Assembly (NCBI GenBank): GCA_001662655.1
Contig: KV460209.1
Origin: Pseudogymnoascus verrucosus
Taxonomy: Eukaryota
Direction: 5' to 3' (one strand)
Length of the DNA stretch: 64,000 nucleotides
Below, one piece after another: positions 24,236 to 36,274 of this stretch; position 1 is the first letter of the stretch; each line of letters opens with the position of its first letter. Below the pieces are notes generated by a model. It did no database searches. It saw only the letters and a program-made list of their open reading frames with translations, and was not told where the DNA came from. Both the position numbers and the translations under genes were made by a program.

Positions 24236-24584
24236 GATATCCCCAGAAACTCTAACAAAATCCACTACCGACGTTGAGTCCGGAACAAAACTTACAAACA
24301 TAACCTCCGTAAATAAATGGCTATACGCGCGCGCGGGTGTGGATTCACATTTTTAGTGTTGTGGTATAGCATGGACTTGGAACTACACACCGAGTTAAAG
24401 GTTTGTAATCTAGTTGGTTTAATTGCGTCATGGTGAATTCCGGTCCTCCCGGTCTGCACCTGTTGAAATTCATTAGAATTAGTCTGCTAGCAAGTGTATA
24501 TATGTAGAGCCCTTAAGGGTGGAATTTCAAGAGAACCAATTCAACGACGCGGAGCCAACTTTCTTTACAGTATCTCAAACCACC

Positions 24585-25659
24585 ATGGCTCCTACCATGT
24601 ATGCCGAACCATGTCCCTTCGCTTCTTCTCTCAAGCCCAAGTCCAACATAGATATGAAGATTTCAGCAGCATAAATCCTGCACTTGAATTGCACTTTTGC
24701 GAGAACAGCACTAACTTTTAATCGCAAACAGACTTATCGTTGGCGCAACAGGCAACACCGGCCGTAGCGTCGTATCAACCCTCTCAGACTTCACCCAAAA
24801 ACCAAACCACCACGTCGCCTCCTATCGCCTCGTCGCACAAACCCGATCCGCTTCCAGCGACGCCGCGAAGCAACTAGCCTCCCTGCCCAACGTCTCCATC
24901 CTTGAAAAGAATTGGATAGACATCACCAGCGACTGGCTCCGCGAGAATGAGGTCACCAAAGTCTTCATCGCCTCCCACAATGAACCGACAGCATTCTCAG
25001 AGGAGTCCCAATTCCACGTCGTTGCTCTAAATGGAGGGGTCAAGCACATCGTGCGCATCTCCACCACAGCTGCGAATGTGCGTCCGCATTTCCGGGCTTA
25101 CTATCCTCGCACACATTGGGCCATTGAAACCATGCTGGATACGAAGGAGTTCAAGGGGATGATGTGGACGAGCCTGCAACCGAACGTCTTCACTAGCATA
25201 GTTCTAGCCAATGCGGTTACTCTAGTCAAGGAGTACCGCAAAACGGGTAAGCAGCAGCCATTGAGCTTGATCTCCCCGAAGGACGTCGGCGTGGGTATCA
25301 TCGATCCAAATGACGTCGGGACTTTCGCAGCATATGTGTTGGCAAGTGAGAATCCGGAGGTGCACAATGGGATGAGATATGTGCTGAATGGGCCGGAGGA
25401 CATCAGCGGTCAGGGGATTGTGGATTTGGTCGAGAGAGAAATTGGAGCGAAGGTTGAACATGTGGTATATAAGGATCTGTCGTGGCTTGATGACCTTGCC
25501 CAGGGGCCGCACAAGGCCCTTACTTTGTCGATTAAGTCCGCGGTCGAGACGTCATGGGAAGGAAAGTGTGGAACAGACACGACGAGTAAGGAGGCTATTG
25601 GAATTTGGGCACCAAAGACGACGCCAGCCCAGGCGTTTAAGGGGTATTTAGAAGGGTAG
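24585..25659 (+). CDS. NmrA-like / atypical SDR NAD(P)-binding protein, 2 exons
   Basis: MAPTI|LIVGATGNTGRSVV Rossmann motif across intron 24599-24731; WTSLQPNVF, IIDPNDVG, YVLNGPE; stop at 25659. Confidence 0.92.
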
Positions 25660-25904
25660 AGATGTATAGGATTAGAAATTAGAGAAGTCGGCTGCATTTA
25701 CACCCCACCCAATAGGATCTTAAAATAGAAATAGCAGTACTGTATCCTTTTCTACGTGCTTACCTTTTGTCTTATAGTAGAATATGCATACTACTAATAG
25801 CTAAAACTATAAACCTTAATCATTATAATGAACCCTTCCTTACTTTAGACTTAGCATATATAGTTACTAGTAAACCTCTCCTTAATAAGCCTATCCTATC
25901 CTAT

Positions 25905-26022
25905 CCTAGGGTTTCTAACCACTCTTTCGTCAGGTGGTCACCAAACCAGCGAGCCAATGGGATATGCCAGGAAACGCTATGCCTAGGAAACGCTCAAAAA
26001 CAGGACTATTTCTTGGCAAATC
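25905..26022 (+). repeat. Dispersed repeat B, copy 3 (downstream of NmrA-like gene)
   Basis: Aligns with 24133-24235 and has an internal duplication of ggaaacgct. Confidence 0.7.
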
Positions 26023-26158
26023 CCCCATCCTCCCCTTTCGTCGCCTGATTTAAGATGGCGTGCATCACTGCTATCCCATCATTAAGAGACAACATGGTCA
26101 TATTCTCGAGTAGACCTTTACTCTCTACGAGGGAAGCAGCTGTCCCATAAGACTAATA

Positions 26159-26389
26159 CGAAGGTTGGGGCCCTAAGTTGTGTAGGTGGAGTGAAGCTTC
26201 ACGCGCCAGCGCTTTCTCGAAGCGGATAGATTTTGCAGCTGCTTTTCCAGTTACTGGGATTATTTGTGCAAAATATTGTGCATTGCCAGCAAAATGTATG
26301 ATTATTGCGGTGGATTGTAAAAGCAGCTTCGAGCCCACAAGGCCTCCACCGTCGCCCTCTACCTACACAACTTAGGGCCCCAACCTTCG
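26159..26389. mobile_element. 231-bp MITE, Tc1/mariner type
   Basis: TIR CGAAGGTTGGGGCCCTAAGTTGTGTAGGT is perfect for 29 bp and extends to 33 with one mismatch. TA flanks both ends (26157-26158, 26390-26391). No coding capacity. Confidence 0.9.
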
Positions 26390-26699
26390 TATGTAGCTAC
26401 TTCCCGAGTGTTTGTTTCCCATTGACTGCTCACTGACCCTGAAACCAGGCCTAATATGTATGCCGTACTTGGCGTTTCCGAGTTTAGAAGGACGCTGGTC
26501 GAAAGTATTTCTCATAGCTCCGTCCTAAGTCTTCTATCCCCATAACGCCACACTCGAACGAATACGTAGTTTTGGGTATAGCGTAAGCAAGTCCTTGTCT
26601 AGTGAAATGGAGCCCCTTAATTGGACGCTTGTGGCTTGGGGGGTTTCAGGAAGACAGAGTCAAAGCAAGGAATTTAACCTTAACTTTTCCTATGGCAGG

Positions 26700-27480
26700 C
26701 GTCCGGGTCAACAATATATCGGCGTAACTTAGGTAGCTTTACTGTATAAAAATATCAGAACTATCACCCTACACTACTTGCGAAGAATCAGCTAGACGGG
26801 CTCCGTTTAACTCAGCAAATACAAAGAAGCTGAGGAAATGGCTCGACGAGGGCTTGATGGATGTGAGAAGACATTGGGCAAGGATCATCTGAACACAATT
26901 ATAGGCGCTGCCAATCTTGCTCTTATACTGCAAAGTTAAGGAAAATTCAAAGGGGCTAAACCAATAAATCGACGAGCGCTTGAAGCACTTGAAGAGACGT
27001 TGAAGGATAACCACCCGACCACACTTACAATCGCTAACAATCTTACTCTTGTGCTAAGGGACTAAGGAAAATACAAAGAGGCCGAAGAGTTGAATAGACG
27101 AGTGCTTAATGGCTATGAGATAACGCTAGGCAAAGACCATTTGCTAACACTCTTACGTATTAGCAACCTTTCTGTTTTATTACAACTTTAAGGTGAGTAC
27201 GAAGAGGCTGAGGAAAAGAGCTGACAAGCGCTTAGTGGCCGTGAGAAAGCGCTGGGCAAAAACCATTCAGACACACTTACAAGCATGAACAATCTTGCTT
27301 GGGTACTAAGAGACCAAGGCAAGCATAATGTAGCTGAACAGATGCACTAACAAGCGCTTGATGGCCGTGACAAAACCCTAGGCAAAGATCATATTTACAA
27401 AGCATAGCAATCTGGTTGGAGGCGCTACTAAACGGAAAAAAATCAAAAAAAAAAGCGAATTAGACGAACTAGCGAGCGTT
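26700..27480 (+). pseudogene. Decayed 42-aa TPR array of the fungal NLR / kinesin-light-chain type
   Basis: Strict 126-nt period with LGKDH-like anchors at about 26876, 27002, 27128, 27254 and 27380. Reads KYKEAEEMARRGLDGCEKTLGKDHLNT and TLTSMNNLAWVLRDQGK. Several in-frame stops, e.g. GAC TAA GGA and AGC TGA CAA. Confidence 0.88.
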
Positions 27481-27810
27481 TCATAGCTACTAAAAGGCGT
27501 TTAAAGCTTTAATATTTATCTTATCCTTTGTGCTCTGTTTGGAATCTTCCTACAAGAGCTGCACAGCTATCCTCTATTATCTAGAAATTGGGGTCCTTTT
27601 AGAGCAACAAATGACAAGTGGCCTATAGTCGCTATAAGTACATCTTTCTGTTTTACAATGGCTGTATATGTTTAGCTGTTTCGTGTAGTGGTGTTGTTAG
27701 ATAAAAGCAGCATTGGCCTTAGAACCGTTCACGCGATACAGCAATTAGTTATCAAGTTTACATAAACAGAAATCTCAAAGTTGTTGCATTCAGCGACCAT
27801 CTCCGACAGA

Positions 27811-28721
27811 GATGCCCAATTCTCTGTGAGCTGCCCCCCATTACTTGTGCAGCTAAGACTACTACCAAACTGTCCCCTGTTGTCAGCCTTCCGCTTCCCT
27901 GTTCCAGCCCCGGGTCTGATGCTGCTCTTACCTAGACTGCCTCAAGGCCCACACTTCTTCACTTGTGGAGACTACGCGAAGGCCTGAGAGCGCTTAATAA
28001 CGCAAAACGGTTGGTTGATTTCCTAAATCTGCCTAGGGCCTACTGAAAACCGCATCCTCTGCCTCCGATTACGACCGCGACTCAGTGGAAACGCGAAACA
28101 GTTGGTTGGTTTCCGAAATCCGCCTCGGGGCCCCTTGAATGGCTGCTTCTTGCGTCCGCGACGACCACGACAACAGCTTCATGGAAACGGGCGATGGTTG
28201 GCTGGTTACAGAAATCTGCCTAGGGCCTCTTAAATGGCTGCATCCTGTGTCCTCGATCACGGCAGCGGCTTCCTGGAAACGCGGACCTGTTGGTTGATGT
28301 CCAGAATCTGCCTAGGGCTTCTCGAATGGATGCATTCTATGCTTTTGATCACGTCGACAGCTTCATGAAGGCGGGGGACAGTTAGTCGATTGTGGTGTCT
28401 GCCTCGGGCCTGTTAAACGGCTGCATCCTGTGTCTTCGATCGCGACAGCGGCTTCCTAGAAACGGGGACGGTTGGTCGATTTCCTAAATCTGCCTAGGGC
28501 CTTCTTAAAGGCTGCATCCTGAGTCTTCGATCACAACAGGAGCTCCCTGGAAACGGGGGATGGTTGGTCGACTATGACGTCTGCCTAGGGCCTCTCGAAA
28601 GGCTGCATCCTATGGTCTTCGATCACGACAGCGGCTTCCTAGAAACGTGGGATGGTTGGCTAGCTTTAGTGCTTTACCTGTATTAGACTCTTCTCATGCA
28701 GAATTTTGCCTTATGGCCTAG
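27811..28721 (+). repeat. Dispersed element A, copy 2, with about 7 internal ~91-bp tandem units
   Basis: TC(T/C)GCCT(A/C)GGG anchors at about 28028, 28119, 28215, 28307, 28398, 28489 and 28580. Same unique 5' and 3' blocks as 22731-23314. Confidence 0.9.
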
Positions 28722-28729
28722 AGGTCACG

Positions 28730-29795
28730 TATCCTCTAGCCTAATACTACTTAGGCCTAATAACAGCAACCTAAGACACGCGATAACAGTTGACTAGTTC
28801 TATAAATACTGTCGTGCTATCCATCAACTTAGTATAGTCTCCCCTAAGTTCCTAAACAACTTCGTTAGGTTTCCTATAGTTATATAGCAATTTACACTAC
28901 CCTTCTAACAAAATTCGTTAGACTATTATAGCAACATATGCTATATATCTTAGTAATAGGTACTAAAGGTAACAATCTTATAGAAGTTATATAACGTAAG
29001 AGGCTATACTATAGTTCTTAAGGTAAGAATATTAACATTTACATACTAAGCCATACTAATAGTAACGTATTTTATAGGCAAGCTAGTTATATAGGTAAGC
29101 TAGTTACTAAAACACTAAAATTTAACTATTACTATTATAGGCATAGTAGGGGGCTTTGCTTTAGGGGTAACGTAGGCTAGGAGGTAGGTACCTTAGGCCT
29201 CCTTTACTATTATGCCTATACATAATAGCTAGTAAGGAAGTAGCACGTAGCCCTAACTTACTACTAAGTTAGTAGTAGTCTAACTCTAAAGTAGTAGATA
29301 AGAGTAGCTTAGCCCCTAATATAGAGGGCTTAGAGATTAGTCTGTTAAATGCTATACTTCTTACCTAAATCTAAGGCTGCTATACGCTTCTGCCCTAACC
29401 CTTATAATAATGTATTCTACTATTCTACTTAAAGTAGAAGTTAAGGCTCTATAAGTAGCTAATAAATAGAAAAAGAGGAGGGAAAGGAAGCATAAGAGGC
29501 ATATATAAGGGGGTAGTCTCTCTATACAAGAGGGAGACGATATACTTTAGAGTGCTAAAGTTAATGCTTAGGTCTATATAGAGGTAGCAAGTGAGGGTAG
29601 TTGTTAGGTGGGCTCTAAGGGCCGACAGAAGCGCTACGGCTTATGTGCTATTATGGGCCATAATACCCATACGTGCGAGAGGCGCCAGGAATCAATTACG
29701 ATCGAATAAGGGTTATTATGTAGGGTGGTGGTGTAGTAGTAGTAGTAATAGTTAGATTTTAGTGTTTTGGTGCGCCACTCGTATGTGAAATACGT
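28730..29795 (+). mobile_element. RIP-decayed Fot1/pogo-like DNA transposon, 3' part with right TIR; left boundary uncertain
   Basis: Very TpA-rich and stop-ridden. Residual transposase C-terminus (EVKAL..ANK.KKRRERKHKRHI.GGSLSIQEG) and a decayed zinc knuckle KRYGLCAIMGHNTHTC. Ends ...gcgccactcgtatgtgaaatacgt|TA, i.e. TA|ACGT on the other strand as in Fot1/pogo TIRs. Confidence 0.8.
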
Positions 29796-29858
29796 TATAG
29801 CTTTAAACAATAGTCTTGAATATATACGGCTACAGAGCCTCTAACATTTAAGTCCATC

Positions 29859-31032
29859 CTATGTAATATTGTTGGATTGCTTAGATAATAGCGGCGTCCT
29901 TTCAGTCAGTCCTCCACTTTCGATCACAGTATTTCCATTATCATCGGTTTCCAAAAATTCATTTTGAAGACTCGGTGTATTATCAGCCAGAAGACTCGTC
30001 GTTGCCTGTGAGCGAGTTAGTATCAAACATTAACAATAATCCAAATGCTGGTTTGGAGAGCTGTATAACTTACCTCTGACTCTAAGTTGGTCCCTGTTTT
30101 CCTTGCCTGCAGTTCAAAGTATATCCCCATCACCAACAGGCAGCCTTGCAAGCATCCAGTCACGAGATATACTCCCCAGATGCTCCAGCCCTCGGTCCCG
30201 AGCCTTACTGCAAGGCTGCCTGCCCATACAAAGCTACCAGGAGTTTGGATGACCATCATCGGAATGCTCAAGCTCCCTACATGGCCTAGTTGGAATGTCG
30301 TCCAAATCTGTGGAAAGTATTGCACACAGGCCAGGCCTGCAGCCATGAGGCCCAAAGTATTGGCCAGAGTTCCCAGATAACTCGGCCGCGAGAATTGAAA
30401 CCACGCGCTAACAAATATAACTAGTAGGCCATGGGCAAGACATAAGAATGCGACGCCAAGAGCGGTGCGCCAAGTTGGCGCCTTGACGGTCGTGCTTTGT
30501 GGAAGGACGGGGTTTCTCGGGAAGAATATGAGGAAGAGGAGTAATCTAGCATATAATGTTAGCTAGTTTCAGAGACACACGATTCCGTAGCTAGACTTAC
30601 ATAATAGCAAAACAAAACCATTGAACGCCGACCTGGAAGATGCCGAGCAATCCCGCGAAGCACTCAAACGAGCTCACGGTCTTGCAGCATGCGACATCTG
30701 CTCTCGATGCTGGCAGAACAAGGATGCTAGCAAATGCGCTTGTTCCGGATGTCGTTCCGAGAAGGATGAAATATGGTGATATGCCTTCGGAGGTGCCGCG
30801 CGCAATGATACGGTAGTGTTGGGGGAGGTAGGAGACGAGGATGCCGACGAGAATAAGACTATCATTTCCAACATTAGTATTTGCTTATCAAAGGGCCATA
30901 TATATAATTCACAGCTCAACGCCTCGATTTGAGTGGCGTAGGAGTAACTTACATTGATAGCGACAAGTTTAGGTAGCTTGGCGCTTGGAGCTGCTCGCAT
31001 CGGCTTGCGATAAAGGTGGCGAGCTCCATCAT
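29859..31032 (-). CDS. PQ-loop repeat membrane protein (vacuolar/lysosomal transporter-like), 4 exons
   Basis: First PQ loop VSYLPQHYRIIARGTSEGISP, second QYFPQIWTT...GSLSIPMM, and a C-terminal acidic dileucine signal ERTPLL. ATG 31032; TAG 29859-29861. Confidence 0.9.
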
Positions 31033-31395
31033 GGAGCTTATGGGCCGGGGCCCGGCTGATAATAGGAAGGTAAGTAGTTGGTGGTACAGAGGAAGATTCG
31101 CATATATCTGGATGGCCACCTCTTAATGTGTATGTTCGAGGATGCGGAGGCTAAGAGGAGGATGACCTTGGCCCAGCCTCGCTATTTGTGTTGCGGGCCG
31201 CCACTGCCCGCATTACACTAACCATTTAAGTGGGACTGCGGGGTGCGGTGAAAAGCGGCAGTATGCAGGATCTCTAATCCGATTATATGGACTCGAACCA
31301 TCCTGTTCTAGAACCTTAAGCGCGCGAAATATGGGGTATAATCATGCAACAGAATAGGATTGAACCATTTATAGTCGACATACAGCTGAATAAAT

Positions 31396-32826
31396 ATGGA
31401 TGCTGAATTATGCCCCCCGCAATTGGTGGCGACAACAAGTAGCACATATTCATGCTCAATCGAAGAATCGAGAAAACGCGAACTTGAAGCACGTGAAGAC
31501 TCTACTGTCTTCTCCCCAGTAGGGACTGCACAAGATGGCCGCGAGTCTAATTACTTTAAAAGCATACAATGGTCTGAAATCCCACGCTGTTCGGCCTTTT
31601 TTTTAAGTACTCACTAACAAAGATCTAGGTCTCCTGACGGCACATCGCTGATAGCAGCGTCTGCCGACAACAAGCTCCGTTTCTACGTCGCACCCCCTGA
31701 CCTTCTATCTCCGTCGTCCTCACCTCACATACTGACACCATATACTACCTACGCTGCACCGGAGCCAACCTACACGCAATCCTTCTACCCGCATTTTGAT
31801 CTCCAAAATTCCTCAACAACCGTCCTCCTATCATCACCACGAGATCATCCAATCCAGCTCATCAACGTCCTCTCCCCAGAGCCATCACCAGTGTCCACCT
31901 ACTCACTAGTATGTCGCACCACGGAAGCCTACCTGACTCCCTCCTCCTTACTCTGGCACCCGTCTGGCCAGGAATTCTACACCGGGACCGACTGTCTAAT
32001 CAGCATCTTCGATGTATCCCGCTCAGGCGAGGGCCCAACCACACGCCTCCCAACCATTCCATCAAAGCGCCATAAAATGAAGGGCGGTGGCGTTGGGATG
32101 CGTGGTATTGTCTCGTGTCTAAGTTTGCAGCCTGACGCGCCTGATAGTCCGTTGGGGAATGGCATGCTAGCTGCTGGAACGTGGACGCGATGGGTTAGCC
32201 TCTATGACGCGGAGGGGCTGGGAGGCACTGTTGCGAACTGGAGTATTGCATCTGCAGCGGATGATGAATCTCAAATCGGCGGGGCTGGGGTGAGCCAAGT
32301 TCTCTGGAGTGCATGTGGTCGATACCTTTTTGTTGTTGAGCGCAAGAGTCGAGGGGTACTTGTCTACGACGTAAGAGTTACTGGAAGGCTCGTAGGTTGG
32401 TTGGAGGGACGGGAAGCAGAAACGAATCAGAGAATGAGCGTCGACACCGCTTCTATCGGTGGCAAGAGCGAAGTTTGGGCAGGAGGAACGGATGGCAGGG
32501 TCAGAGTTTGGAGAGACGTTGGAAGTAAAGAAAGAGGTGCGAAACCAGACATGGATTGGCTTGCGCATGAGGAGGGGACAACAGTTGGAGGCCTAGCATT
32601 GCACAGCTGCGGCTCTGTCGTCGCGACTGCTTCTGGAATGAGGCGAGAGAGGATTTATGTTCCAGAGACGGACAGTGACTCAGAGAGCGAAAGCGAAGAC
32701 GATTCTTCCGACGATTCAGATGTTAGCGATAAAACAACCAAGACGCTTTCCGAAACCTCGACAATCTGTTCCTCACACCAAGAGTTGACCGAGGATAATA
32801 CTATCAAGTTATGGAGCATACTATGA
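31396..32826 (+). CDS. WDR79: WD40 protein, WDR79/WRAP53/TCAB1 (yeast Swt21) homolog, 2 exons
   Basis: NYFKSIQW|SPDGTSLIAASADN, YPHFD...LLSSPRDHPIQL, IFDVSRSGEGP, RGIVS, GVSQVLWSACGRYLF. Intron 31572-31628. Confidence 0.8.
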
Positions 32827-32957
32827 AATCTATCTCATATGCTAGGTGTGCATTACATCTCATGGCCACTTGCTATCAGCACCGATACATGTTACCAAAT
32901 GGATTCTCGCAAAGCAGCGAAGCTACATTCGCCAATATTCCTCCCAAACCAATGCTA

Positions 32958-35826
32958 TCAGGGCGTGTCATGTCTCCACCGAGCATCAATGATACTAGAC
33001 ACCCTGCCAAGAACCCTCTCACCATCAAGGACAGGGCTAAACATGCGTATTCTCTCACTGTGGCCCATCCCAACAAATGCACTGATCCCGAACATGCCAC
33101 GCCTACTCGGATGCACGCCCTCTGGTGCCTTCAAAGACGAGACCACCGCTTGCGCGGCATATGGATTCATGCCACATCGCCTTAAGAAGACTTCCCATTG
33201 CGTTTCATCCTCAAGCAAACCACGGGTATTGGAGCCGGTTGCGCCGTATCGAATCATACCTGCGACGACCCAGTTTGCCAGCGTCTCATGCCCGCCAGGC
33301 ACGAAATATGCGATGACTGTACATGGTAACGAAGCACAGAATCCCATAAAATCAGCCATCGCCATACATTCTTGACCACCTAAAACGGCAACCGAGCTCT
33401 CGTCAGGCGATGCTTCACTGATAAAGACCAAAAACCTTTCATACCTCATACAGACCGCTTCAACCCTGCTCTTGATCTCAGACTTCTCTTTCTGGCCCGG
33501 CAGTGGCTTCTGCTTGATTTTCATGAGGGTTGTTAGCACCACACCCGTCGACGGAGAGAGAACAAGATCTGCTTCAGCGGCAAGAGGACTTCTGACTGGA
33601 GACCGTGTGATGGTACCTTGTCTGAGCCATGCTGTTGTGTTGTATCTGTTGAAATTCCTCTCGATGAACTGAGCTGTTGGAATTAAGGATTTGATGGCGC
33701 TGAATAAGGGGCGTTGCTTGAGAAGATCCGTTGAGATTATGTATTGGGTTGGCTCAGTTGGGATAGTGATGTTTGATAATGGCAGTGGAATGTCTGCTTT
33801 TGTGAGACGAGAGCTGGCGACGACTGGCGGTGGGATAGGCAGAGGTGCGGAATTGTTGGTAGGAACTGCCTTGGGGGTGGAGAAATAGGAGGTGGTGCTG
33901 TCTGCGGGCTTGTGCCTCTTCGTTCCTCTCATCTCCATAAAATTGTCTAGGGCCGTTGTTGCTGAGAATACATCGCCTATAAGTGTCTCTCCATATCCAC
34001 TGTCGCCATGCCCCTTGTTGACTGTGTCGGAATCAGCTACGGTTCTTGGCGTGAGTTTCTGGGAATGTCTGTTTGCTGCATAATGCATCGTAGAGTTTCC
34101 CGATTCTTGGATGTTTTCTTGGGTTCCATTTTCTCCCATCTCTCCAAGCTCCAGCTTTCTTTTCTTGACCAGTGAAGCCATATCCAGCTCTTCAGATAAG
34201 AACACGCCAGCTTCTAAGTCCTCATCATCCTCATCGTCATCCTCTCTCAGGATTCTTATTCCTGGTGCTTTGTATGTAAGGCTTTTACTGCTGGTAACAC
34301 CGGTGTCCATCGCTGGATTGATGTACTCCAAGAGAACGTCTTCGTTTCCGAACTCCTCAGTCAAAGCAACTTCGGCAAGACCTGATGGGAAAACTGTCCA
34401 GTGGACAGTGTGATTTAGCTTCCGCAAGACTTTTGGGCGATCTGGGAGCTCGATCTCTTTAAATATTAATTTCAATATCTCTCGGGGCTGAGATAGGCTT
34501 TTGTTGAAGCTGCTGATCTTTGAGACATCCCAAGGTGTATTCGGTGCAGTGAAGTCCAAGATGGGCACTTCTACCCTGCCTGTTGTCGCAGCTTCTTGCA
34601 GCTGCTCTTTGTCAAGCCTGCTATTTTCTATGTTATATGCCTCTTTAAAAGTGTCATACAATGTGTGGTCCATGAAAAACGAGTCTTCATCCCCCGACTC
34701 ATTGGCGGATGAAGTGAAGCCCGGGTAGTCCTGATCAAACAGCATTTCCTCCACGGTGTCGCTGAATGTGACGGTTTTTACCAATGGTAATGGTGGCGTC
34801 AGCGGGGCTTCAACTTTGAGGTCATGGGATGTTTGGTGCTCGTGAACTGGAAAGAGTTCATCGGAAAGGAGAGATGGAGTTTCGAAATATGTATTTCTCT
34901 GATTATAGCGCTGCTCCTGGTGATGTTCAATTGGGTCGTTGTAATCGCTCGATTCTTCCTTAACTGAGAGGAGTTCATCGTTTTCAAAAATGGCCCTTTC
35001 GGCCGCTTCCAGGTCCGCTCCAAGTAGCGACGGAGGATCGGAGAGTAACGGGAGATGGCAGGTTGGTGAAGATGGCTGGAACGGCTCAGGTGTGCCCCAG
35101 CGTAGAGGAGACAATGGAGGTGTGACTGGAGCAAGAGCTGGGTTCTGTCCAGTGTCATTAGCTGCATGGAAGAATAAAATCTAACACGGAACATGCATTG
35201 AAACATACCCGTTTGTAAGAAGACTGGGAAGCAAGCAGATCCTTTGTGTCCTCCTTGGACCAGTTGTCTTTCAAAGCTGTCTGCAGGTAAACCATAGTGT
35301 CTCTCGTCACAGTAATTTTTTCCATTCTGCAATCTTTCGTAAGAGAATTTGGCAAGTTTGCAAATCTTGACGGCCATTTGATGCCTTCATCTTTCTCAAT
35401 GTCAAGCGGTTCATATATGAAACTTTCGTCACTGATGCATGGATTCTGTCGTTGCCTGAAAGCTGCAAGATCTGCATCAGGATCCGTCCTTAACAGAGGT
35501 AGTTCCAGCTTCAGTTTCTGCCGCCTTGGTCTGACTGAAGCTGCAGCGGTGATCTTATCCATGGTGCCTTGGTCAAGAAACACTCCATTTGCGCCGGCAA
35601 GTAGTATTTCGGCGCCCTTGTCAATTGTGAGACGCTCGTCGGTTGGAAGGATAGGCCGATAGTTGATTTGGGAAAGGTGAAAACCATCTGATATATCTTT
35701 CTCATAGGTCTGAAAGAGACTCTCGATATGTGATAGTGGTGGTGGATCTCGAAGAGGGTCGATGGAAAGCCCGTGGAAACGAGCGTATTCAACGATGGGC
35801 TCCTCTTCATCCTCCTGAGAACTCAT
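32958..35826 (-). CDS. About 934-aa protein with C-terminal XPF/ERCC4-like plus HhH-like region; candidate Zip2/SHOC1 meiotic crossover protein, 2 exons
   Basis: Intron 35208-35145 joins the 222-aa and 718-aa ORFs in frame. C-terminus has QFIERNF, ADLVLSPSTGVV, RYERFLVFISE and ETQWEVFLRRCGMNPYAAQAVV. The gene is well supported; the orthology is inference. Confidence 0.7.
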
Positions 35827-36274
35827 GAGGACAGTATCAAAGCTTATTTGAGAGGAGGTAGAAATGTGCTATAATAATACTATTGATATAAAGTTATTTT
35901 TGCACGTATGGGAAGTTCCTTTGGCGAGAGGATCTTGGGTTGATAAGAACTAACTGTCAAGAGACATTGGACAGTTGTTGTCACTGTATACCTCGTTTAC
36001 AGCTACACCTGAATAAGAACGAGGAGCATTATACATCTCCAAATTACACCGCCTTTACCCCCGATCATACTGCACTGTAGTAGAATATTGCAACTGTCCC
36101 TTCGTAGCAAGAATTAACCGTATTTAAACTGACGTCCATATATCATTTTTGCCCTGCTACCATGACACTTTATTCTTGCTTCCATGCCCGCCATATCCAG
36201 CCATCCATATTAAAGTACAAAATGCCCATGCATGAATGGCATTCAACACCAGACTCCATCCCGATCATAACGCA

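Noticed and set aside
27990..28680. ~91-bp periodic array as a CRISPR array
   Set aside because: Whole units are homologous with no unique spacers, there are no cas genes, and the genome is eukaryotic.
1..29797. Starship or other giant mobile element
   Set aside because: No DUF3435 tyrosine-recombinase captain or defined terminus in the window. Cannot be excluded without the left flank.
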